In this document: piece after piece, positions 38,801 to 49,135 of the stretch
Layout of the letters: each line of letters begins with the position of its first letter
Position numbering within the stretch: the stretch's first letter is position 1
NCBI RefSeq assembly: GCF_964355755.1
Contig: NC_092679.1
Location: 20,195,432 to 20,259,431, forward strand
Reading direction: 5' to 3'
Origin: Antedon mediterranea
Lineage: Eukaryota > Animalia > Echinodermata
Length of the DNA: 64,000 bases
Position numbers and translations under genes: made by a program
Notes under the pieces: model-generated
Told to the model about the DNA's origin: nothing
Databases searched by the model: none
The model's input: only the letters and a program-made list of their open reading frames with translations

Positions 38801-41800
38801 AATTTTCTTGTTGATTCTGCTTGTATTGATGTGTGAGTTCCTGATAATCCTATTTGTTCCTTAGGTCACCTAAGCAATGGAAGGAAAAACGTTTTAATTA
38901 AATTTCTTTTTTTTTCTTAGCATTTCTTTTTTCATAGCCAAACTATTAATACGCCGTCTGTACTAAGAGAGTATCACTGACAGTTGAATTTGTTTTTCGC
39001 CAAGACTCCATGATACAACTAAACTGGAATGAAAACAACAAATCTAATAAATGCAAATTGTAGTGGAATAACGTTAAGAATGATAAAAAAATAAAATAAA
39101 AAATACTATACAACAAAGCATGAGATGCGATAACTAATAGCAAAAACAATAGCACGGTCTAATATATGCGTGAATGGCGCGCCATAGAAATCTGTTGTGG
39201 CTGAAACTGTCTGGTGATATTCGTCAACACGAATACGCTTTACGAATATGAAATGGGGATCAGCTCAAAGGTTTAACAAAATGTGTGATGTATCCGTTTT
39301 CGTTATCGTATTCGTAAGGTTGCGAAAACTCCCTATTATTGGATAAAAACGTGAACTTGGTGGAAGATTTCATTTATAGAAATTGTTACATACATTACAC
39401 AACTGTTTCTTTTTTTTTCACAGATGATATCCATAATATTAGGTAAGGAATCGGATGCCAGATAGTGGGGTTTTCAGAAAATAAGTCACTTTACAACTTT
39501 TAACAAGTATTTTGATCTCCGATTTTGTTCGTACACGCATTCACAGTGTAATTTACCCTGCATTTACGTCAGAGTAGGATAAAGCACCAACTAAAATAAA
39601 TCTTGATTTTGAAAGTTTAGCAGCAAATCTATACCATAATACTAGTATTTGATAAATACATTAATTTGCCAATTTCACAGTCTGAAACCGGCACTAACTT
39701 TACTCTTTATTAAAAATAATGGATTGATATTTGTACAAATTTAGAGATGGAACACCTCAACAACATTTGGATACACATTCCAAACCAGACCAAAGGCTAA
39801 ACGTGAGTGTAATGCCACTTGATAACAAAACTGAAACACTCGTCACTAGTAGTAGTAGACCTAGCGCCAGGCAAAAAGAAAAACAAAAATCAGGAATACA
39901 CACGGTAGGATAATATGAACTTGTATAGTTGGCCTAGTGACCTCGGAATGCCAAACAATTCCTCATAAACAATTTAATTTATGGTTTTTAGGTTTAGATC
40001 ATTATTAGTTGGTTTGTGACTTTTGGATGACTATGAAAAACGGTTTCTTTTTCTCAAATTCCAAACAATAATTCGTTTCTTATATCTACTGTTTTCTAGA
40101 CTTGGCTATGTATAGCACTGGGTGTGGTGATGGTAGGTGTCGCAATACATTATACAGCACCGACTCACGAACTTACCACAGAGTTTGTTAGGGACACGGC
40201 CGCAGCACCAACTCGCGAACCTACGACAGAACCAGTTGAAGACACTACTACAGCACCAGCTCCCGAACCTACCACAGAGTCTGTTAGGGACACGACCACA
40301 GCACCAACTCGCGAACCTACGACAAAACCAGTTGAAGACACTACTACAGCACCAGCTCCCGAACCTACCACAGAGTTTGTTAGGGAAACGACCACAGCAC
40401 CAACTCGCGAACCTACGACAGAACCAGTTGAAGACACTACTACAGCACCAGCTCCCGAACCTACCACAGAGTATGTTAGGGAAACGACCGCAGCATCAAC
40501 TCGCGAGCCTACTACTAAAGCACCAACTCCGGAACCTACGTCATCAGAGTCGATAACAACACACTCCAAAGATAAGAAAAAAGAAGAGCCTAAACGAATA
40601 ATCAAAAATAGGCGTGAAAAGGTAAAACGTTTTACTTATTAACTATTACATTATTTCAGCGTCAGGGGCATACGCTCTGGAATAGTCTTTGTATCACCAC
40701 CCGACAGTGATTTAGTTCACTTTTGGGGTGCCCTGTCTTATTTTCTGGCTGTTATTTATTGTTTTGTTTATTGTTTTGAGACGAATAAATGAAATGAAAT
40801 GAAATAAAATTGTATAAATTTAAAAAAAAGGACGCAAAAAGTGTCTGGTTAAGAAAAATAATACAACGTGTTGGAATTTAATTTAGTATGTAATACAGGA
40901 GCACCACAAAGATGCGTCCTTTCTCCTGTATTGTCAGCATATATACACATGAGTTTAAAATTAAATTTGATGACTGCGTTTTAATTAAGTACACCGATGA
41001 CAGTGTTATAACTGGATCTATTAAGGATAATAATGAATTAAACTATACAGTCAATAAATAATTTTGGCACATGGTGTTGTAATAATTTAGTACGAACTAA
41101 AAAGATCATTTTTGACTTTAGACGCTCTATTAAAAGCCATAATTGGCTCCAATTGTCATAACTATCAATGAACAAAATATTGAAATTGTAGAGGAGTTTA
41201 AGTATTTTAGTGTTGTGCTTGATAACAACATTAATTGGAAAGCCAACACTTTATCTAAATCCAAAAGAGCAAGACAGAGAATGGTTTTCCTCCGAAAACT
41301 TAAAACATTCAATATTACATGTGACATTCTTAACCTTTTTAAGTGTTCTTTTATTCGGCTCTATTGTCTGGTTCTCGAATCTTACTGAAAAATACCAAAC
41401 TAGCTGAAATTGTAGTGTGCCAGTAAAATCATCGACATTAGCCTTGAACTTTTATTTCGCTTCGTGAAAGGGGCATCCTAAAAACTGTAAATACAATTCG
41501 TCAGGATCCTGATTACCCTCTTTAAGCTTAGCCAAACTGGTAGACTGATCACTCTGAATCAAACACTAAACGTTGCCGACAATAATTTGTTATTGTTTAT
41601 AGTTCGTATGGTCTCTTTAGATTCATTGGTTACACGCTTTTTCTTTGAATTCATTGTAAATTGCATGTAAATCAAAATGTAAACCTTCCAACCAAATTCG
41701 TTGTTAAAATGACAATAAATAATATCGTATCGTATTGTATCGAAGGCTTTATATAAAATTAATTTTGCACTGTTCTTTTTGATTTGTTTTTAATAGTCAA

Positions 41801-42844
41801 ATACAGATAGCGAACAAGCTACAAAATCAGGTAGGTATACACGCATATTATTATGAAGGATAATACCCTAGTTAAAATGTAACTAGTGTTCCTGACTATA
41901 TTCTGCTCACTTTCACTTTACAACAGGACATGGTCTACGTAATCTGTATTAAACCTGTAGATTCGAAGATATTTTGACCCGTATGAAAAACCCTCCGTAG
42001 GTCCACTCTTATTTAAGTGTTGATATAAGTGCCATCACTTTTTAAATAGCTTCTTTTTATGACGAGGTTTTTCATTTCTTTAATGTGCATGTTTGGTTAG
42101 TGTCTGAATATTAAAACTCTTCTCTTTAGCATCTGCCTACATATTTTTTTTTTGGAAATTGTCCCCATTGGAGGACTAAACTTTGGATTTAACTTTGACC
42201 ATATTTTCATTCTTTAGGGAGTTTTTTTAATGATTTCAACTACGAAATCGAATATGCTAACTGGGAGCATTTTGGTTCAGAAAAATGGGGAAAATGCCGT
42301 AAACAACATTATAAGAAAAGAAATAAAACTGTTGATTTAGGAAGCCGTTATTCAAAAACAGGAGGTAAAATGGTTTAATCATATATGCATTGACAATCCG
42401 ATAAATCATTCAATTATTTCGACAATAAACTGATCGTAATTTTAAATGTTGTTAGCAAATATGCCTATCTAATTTATAATTTCAGATGATTATTACATTT
42501 GTGTTGCAATCAATCGTGGTGATAGTAGGCCTGAATCCACCAAAGGGGGCTATCTTAATAGTTCAAAAATTCCAGACGAATGGGATGAAGCGTGCCTTAC
42601 ATTTGAATACTTCATTACTGACGGACAAATTGATGTAGATCATTATAAAAATGGCAAACCTGAAAACGTGTTCACCAGTGGTTATACTAAAGGAAAATGG
42701 AAACCTGCAAGAGTTACTATTAATACTGTCGATATAAAAATATCCTACTTGTTGATTGGCGGAAAAGTATCTGGTGATGACACAGAGGTAGTTGCTATTG
42801 ACGATATTGATCTTACTGATGGTCCTTGTACACCAGAGGATTAG
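35880..42844 (+). CDS. Gene A: TKL-type Ser/Thr kinase - tandem DED - TM - mucin stalk - MAM-like domain (predicted type II membrane protein, about 846 aa)
   Basis: Exons: 35880-36686 kinase (VAVK, HRDIKSKN, DFG, GTIIWMSPE); 36837-37350 DED-DED; optional phase 1->2 micro-exons 37494-37515 or 39424-39442; linker 39745/39747-39904; 40100-40621 (TM WLCIALGVVMVGVAIHY, then T/P/E repeats); 41797-41830; 42218-42364; 42486-42844 (CLTFEY..W..A.V.I..VAIDDIDL..GPC, MAM-like, TAG). An in-frame path exists, but the join across 37350-39747 is inferred by analogy with gene C. Confidence 0.7.
40155..40540 (+). repeat. Coding 96-bp (2 x 48-bp) tandem repeat forming the mucin stalk of gene A
   Basis: cagcaccaactcgcgaacc at 40203, 40299 and 40395; encodes TTAPTREPTTEPVEDTTTAPAPEPTTE.VR.T. 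Confidence 0.95.
40880..41722 (+). mobile_element. Decayed Rex1/Babar- or L2-like LINE fragment in a gene A intron
   Basis: Frameshifted RT remnants NTGAPQRCVLSP, IKYTDDSVI, IEIVEEFKYF.VVLDNNINWKANT, ARQRMVFLRKLKTFNI; tail aataaataatatcgtatcgtattgtatcg. Confidence 0.75.
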
Positions 42845-43703
42845 GATTCATGATTGAAGGGGATTCAAGATTCAAGGAATTGTATTGGTCCACTTTAAAA
42901 TGGAAATTTGTTTTCTTGGTATAAATATCAAAATTTAATTTTAAATTTTACTTTGGCTGTTAAAATATAAAAGTAAAAGTAATTTGGCAGATATTAATTA
43001 ATTTGAATACCAGCTATTACCTGCTTTGAGGTAAATATAAGATTTGATATCCCCGAGGGAATGATATTTTGTCGAATCTTATCTTTCACCTCTCAGCAGG
43101 CAATTTCTGTATAATATTATCCGCCTTTTGTTAATTACATGGTATGTAGTTGTTTTGTTCTTTTGTTTGTTAATAGCGCCCATAATTTTTAAGTTATCCT
43201 GAATGTGGGTGTTACCTACTATATACAGAACATGCCTGTTGACGAAAACCTATATATTTGAGAGGTCACAAACGCCTATTAAAATTTCGTGTTTTTTGTA
43301 TTTGTTTTCTGCCAAGTATTTCGCTCAGTTCGGAGTTATTTCCCTATTTATTACTATTTTTTTTACAATTTATAAATATACATCTATATCCAGCTTTAAA
43401 CAATGCATTTAGTTGACATTACACTTTCTATTCTTTAATTTTCATCATATTTAGGGTGAAAATGTCTAAAATATGATTTTTTAATTAAAAAAGATGTAAT
43501 GTGGAAACTTTGAATTTAGATTTTATGTGATTTGATTATTAATTATGTCATGTTATTTTGTAAGAGTTCTCTCTTGGTTTACAAGTTACATTTTCATTTT
43601 ATGGTTTTGTTAGGAGGATTAAATTGATCATCGGTGACGACAATCTAATCGAAATAAACTACATGGAGATCAGTCATGTATAAAGTAGCATAGGTGTTTG
43701 TAT

Positions 43704-43742
<39 letters not shown>

Positions 43743-44344
43743 TTGTGTCTGTGTCTAACCAAATAATGTTATTTTCTTGCCTAGCCATGTATAATACACA
43801 AAAGTTGGAATTTCCATTCCAGTTGCAATAATACGCAAAAAAATAACTCGTGAGAAAATCGATTGAAATTGATTTGCTAAATAGTGCAGCGTGAGATTAT
43901 ATCGATTAAAACTCATTCGTTGATAATTGCAATGTGGTATGCACAAAATAATCGTTGGCATTTTTTGGTAATCGATTGAAATAATAAATTCGTAGAAACT
44001 GCAGTGGTACGTAACAATGACTGTTGAATTGTGCTTTTGCGATTAAATCGATTGAAATGAATTTGTCGATAACTGCAATGGGATTGACACAAACAAGCTT
44101 TTTGAATGTGAATTTTCTTTTGTGAGGAAATCGATTGGAATGAATTCTTCGATAGTTGTAGTGGTGCGCAAAAATACCTGGTTAAATGTGGTTGCTTTAT
44201 TACACATCGCATCACCTTATCAAATAGATGTTAAACATCACTCGTGAAGAATGGTAAGTATACAGCCTTCAGATTACATTGTGTACTATGATTATCATTA
44301 ATTCACGATAACATTGTTAATAAAGGTTTCTGACAAACTAATTC

Positions 44345-47300
44345 TCGTTGTGAGCGGACGTGTTCATATCGAGCTCCGCTAGGCTACCCATTGTGTGGAT
44401 ACTAGGCCAGTCAACGTAGGCATACTGTAGTCTACATGATGTGTTCGACCGGGCTACGTGTGCCGCTACTTATTTTGAACTTATTTCTTGGCCTCTATTT
44501 TTCAAGTTTTAATATGGGATTTTCATCCAGAAATCAATGGCTAAGGCCAGTCGATGGATACTCTGAGCCGGTAAGCTGCAACATTCCTAGCACCGTTGTA
44601 TGTAAATGTTGGAATTTGTATCTATGCGGTCAAAGCAGTACGACTACGTAGTACGAGTGTTGTTGCATTCCAACGTAGCAGCAGACCGTCAAGGAAGATC
44701 TACAGCGCACCACGTTTGCTCTATTCTAATTCCACTGTTACATTCTGTATTCTTTTAAGTGGCGATGTTGAATCGAATCCAGGTCCAGGTAATACTCAGA
44801 CATCTTCAGTTAAGGTATACTATCAAAACGTACGTAGCCTGAAGAATAAAATGGACGTATACAACTCAGATCTGAATGCACACCTAATTCAGAGCAATTT
44901 GGATATTGTCGCACTTACGGAAACATGGTTAAACTGCAACGTGCTCGATTCTGAACTTTCCGTTTCTAATTACACTTTATTTCGACGCGATAGAGATACT
45001 GATAAACGCGGTGGTGGTATCCTGATGCTAGTGAATAACAAATTTACCTGTAACCGAGTGGAACGCCTAGAAAGTGATTCAACGGAGTTCATGTGGATAG
45101 AGATTCAGCTAAAGCGGCGTAGTAGCCTACTTGTTGGATTATTCTATAGACCACCAAACGCTACACCCGATGTCCTCCGTCGTTTTACTTCGTCTGTGGA
45201 AATCGCTATGCTCTACTACAAAAACAGTGAATTCCTCATTCTTGGAGATTTCAACCTGCCCGAAATTAATTGGAGTAGTAACCCTTATTCTGCTCCAGCT
45301 CAGTCCATGGGAGAACACTTACTTGATGTATTGCTTTCTAGCTGTGGCCTATTTCAATGCAATACGTACTGTACAAGAATGGATAAAATGCTTGATCTTG
45401 TTATTTGTAGTAAAAACATTTCCGACAAAGTCTATACTGCTAACGATATTTTTTTATCTGACCACTCATCTTTGAGAATTGATTTCCGTTTAAATTTTGA
45501 TGTTAAATGTAGTAATGATAATTTGAATCGTAAAAGTATAATTTACAATTTTAAAGCACTTGATGTCAATAATCTATGTAATACTCTTAACTGTGTTCCA
45601 TGGAGTGTCTTAATTGATTTTGAAGGTGATTTAAATGAAGCTTTGGATATGTTTTATAATTTGTTAAATGCTGCCGTCAATGACACAGTGCCTAAAATTA
45701 GAAAGCGCAGAAAGCTTCCTCCGTGGTTTGACAATGAGTTGAGAAGTGCGCTTCAACTCAAAGAAAAGTATTATAGATATCTGAAAAAAAATAATAATCG
45801 GTTAGCCCAAAGTAATTTCAAATTTGCTCGCGCGTCTTTTAAAAAAATGTGCAATAAAAAGTACAAAGATTACTTGGACTCTTTGGCTAAGCAAATTGTC
45901 ACTAACAGTAAAAGATTCTGGAGCTGGATGAAAACTAAATACAAGTCAAATAATCTTCCTTCTGTCATGAGTCACGATAACATTTCATTCCAGTCTAATT
46001 ATGATAAAGCTACCACATTTAATTCTTATTTTCATTCTTTTTTCAGTGAGCCTTCTCCGGACGTTCCCCGGGACTATCCAGGTCTTCCTGACTATGCGGT
46101 GGATAACTTAAGTTCTCTGTCTGTGAATCAGCATTCTGTGGAAAAGGCACTTAGTAACATTGATATCAATAAAGCTACTGGCATTGATCAGATTAGTAAC
46201 GTTGTCTTAAAGGGTGCCTCCTCCTCACTCTCTTATCCGCTTTGCAAATTGTTTCAGCTATCTATTAATTCTGGGGTTTTTCCTTCATCTTGGAAACACG
46301 CTAATATTGTCCCAATTCACAAGAGTGGTCCCAAAAAACTAATCTGTAACTATCGTCCTATTTCGTTATTGCCTACTATGTCTAAGATTTTTGAGCGCAT
46401 TGTGCATGATGGTTTGTCATCACATGTTGATAATGCTTTAAGTCCTAGGCAGCATGGTTTTGTCTCTGGGAGATCATGTCAAACCAACCTCGCACTGCTT
46501 CTTGCTACATCATACGATGCAATTAACAGCAAGAAGCAGTGCGATGTGATTTACACTGATTTCTCTAAGGCTTTTGATTCCGTTTCCCATGATTTGCTTA
46601 TTTTTAAACTTTCAAAATTTGGTTTATCCGGTTCACTGTTAAGTTGGTTTAAAAGCTATTTAACTAATAGACAACAGCGTGTTGTCATTGGGGGAGAGAC
46701 ATCTGATTGGCTCCCTGTGTTATCGGGCGTTCCGCAGGGCTCGATCCTGGGCCCGCTTTTGTTTAATTTATTTATCAACGATCTTCCTTTAAAATTTAAT
46801 CATTCCGAGTCTCTTTTATTTGCTGACGATCTGAAATTGTTTAAAGTGATTACCACTCCACAGGATGCTTTTTCACTTCAGGAGGATCTGGATGGTCTCG
46901 TGGAATGGACAGAGAAGTGGGGGATAAAACTTAATGCTAATAAATGCAGATATTTATCTATAACACTTAAAAAAAGGCCTGTGCTCTTCAAATATAATCT
47001 GAGTGGACATGATCTTGAGATGGTTTATGTATGGAAAGATTTAGGTATTTTTATTGATAGTAAATTAAATTTTTGTTCACATATTAATCATGTGTTGTCA
47101 AAAGCTAATAGAATGATGGGCTTAATATGGAGAAATTGTAGGTTTATGAACGACGGCAGGGCACTTTTATCTTTATACAAATCTATTATACGTCCTCACC
47201 TTGAATATTGTTCCGCAATTTTCAATTCAATTTCTCCATGTCAGGCCCGTCGAATCGACAATGTTCAACGGAAGTTTGTTCGATTCCTGTCTTATAACTG

Positions 47301-47809
47301 TGTTAATTTTGCCTTTTCCATTGATTCTGTCAGCAATCGTCGAACGATATCTGATATGGTTTTTTTATATAATATTTTAAATTCTAAATATGACTGTTCA
47401 TTAATTTCACTATTTAGTTTAAATGTTCCTGGTCGTACACGAAACAGACATTTATTGCATATTCCTTTTAGCCGTGTCGACTGTACTAAGAGGGGACTTT
47501 TTCATAGACTACCTTATACATTTAATAATCTAAATAGCAATCATATCGATATTTTTAATGATAGACTTGGTTATTTTAAGAGGACGATGATGTGTTCACT
47601 TCTTGAACAGTCTGCATAACCTGTTTTAATTGAAATTTTTTATGGCATGCCAATCTATGTTTTATATTTATATATATATATTTTATCTGTATTTTATTGT
47701 TAACCGTTTTTGATGTTGTATTGTTTTATGTTTCAAACCTGTTAGTGGCGGTATTTATCGCTGTTGGTTTTGATTGAATAAAATAAAAATAAAATAAAAT
47801 AAAAAAAAA
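44345..47809 (+). mobile_element. CR1-like non-LTR retrotransposon (APE+RT frame 44596-47619) with an N-terminal 2A-like peptide
   Basis: YQNVRSL, LTETWL, LGDFNLP, SDH, DFSKAFDSV, SGVPQGSILGPLLF, LFADD; LLSGDVESNPGP at 44752-44787; (TAAAA)n tail at about 47779-47809. The 5' boundary is approximate. Confidence 0.93.
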
Positions 47810-47961
47810 TTTGAAAATGTATTTTTGTCGATAGAGTCCAGGACTTGTGAAGAATGCTTATGATACCGATTAGGTCATGATTAGGCCTATACAATCAAAA
47901 TGTCTTCATCTCATTCATTGATTTCAAATATTTAATCTTGTTTAGGCCTATTTTTTTTTAG

Positions 47962-49135
47962 ACTGGCTGGATACTACTGGTTTTGGTATTAGTTGCGCAA
48001 TGGCAAGCAGGAGGTAAGTTTAGAGATATTATTATATTGAAAATAAGTGAGGCAATCAAGAGAGTGATTTTTCAGATAATTTATGATCTAAAAACAGGTA
48101 TTTTCTATACCTGATATGATGTTTTTTTTAAAGTAATACATTAAAAAAATAATGCGTGCTTTTAATACTTTTATTTTTCGACGCTATTAAAAAATATCAG
48201 ATTGTGTTTGTTTTGATTTCAACGATGGAAATTCTGGCTTGATTCCGTTTGGTAGTGAGAATTGGATGCTATCCTCTAAACAACATAATGTCGACCATTT
48301 AGTACACCGAAACTCAGAATCAGGTAAAATTATTTAATCATGCTATATTAGAAATTCAATAAATTACTCAATTTCCGGTTATAAATATTCATTTCATAAA
48401 TGTATTCATTTACTTGGTAAAAAACGATTACAATAACAATAAAAATATACAAGAACAAGATTACAAGCAATATACTAAAAGAATGAGGGTTCAAATAGTA
48501 TAAAATATTAACATTAACAACAGAACAATGCCATATACATGGCTGCAGTCGCGTGCTCATCAAATTTGAGTTAGTGCTAACCGACCAACCGACCGACAAA
48601 CCAATTACTTATGGTTATTTCTGTTTAAATAATTTTAAAAGAAATTCAAAATGCAAGCGACATAATTGTTTAAAAAAATACTATGCCGTGGTAGCGTAAT
48701 ACAGAAATTCACACTACTTTTGTAGAGTAATGCATTTTCAGATGTGCCTAGCAGTGGTCTACCTACTTTACAATTTCAGATTGTTACCTTTATGTTACAA
48801 CAACCGGCAGAACCAAAGCCGGCTACAATCAGAGTCCAGAAATACCAGACGAATGGGATGAAGCGTGCCTTACATTTGAATACTTCATTACTGACGGACA
48901 AATTGATGTAGATCATTATAAAAATAGCAAACCTGAAAACGTGTTCACCAGTGGTTATACTAAAGGAAAATGGAAACCTGCAAGAGTTACTATTAATACT
49001 GTCGATATAAAAATATCCTACTTGTTGATTGGCGGAAAAGTATCTGGTGACGGTACGGAGGTAGTTGCTATTGATAATGTTTGTGTTACTGAAGACGTAT
49101 GCTTTGATGATAATGATGTAAAAGAAGAATTGTAA
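47962..49135 (+). CDS. Gene B: hydrophobic signal/anchor + single MAM-like domain ending in KEEL; start exon not located
   Basis: Exons 47962-48013 (TGWILLVLVLVAQWQAG), 48201-48323 (CVCFDFN..GSENW) and 48780-49135 (SPEIPDEWDEACLTFEY..VAIDNVC..KEEL*). Phases are consistent and the exons are paralogous to the last exons of genes A and C. Confidence 0.75.

Noticed and set aside
40137-40605. Gln/Leu-rich (+) and Val/Gly-rich (-) repeat ORFs
   Set aside because: Alternate frames of the mucin VNTR; only the Thr/Pro frame fits the splice phases.
43857-44200. CRISPR-like repeat/spacer appearance
   Set aside because: Eukaryotic context, degenerate repeats, inter-repeat segments similar to one another, and no cas genes.
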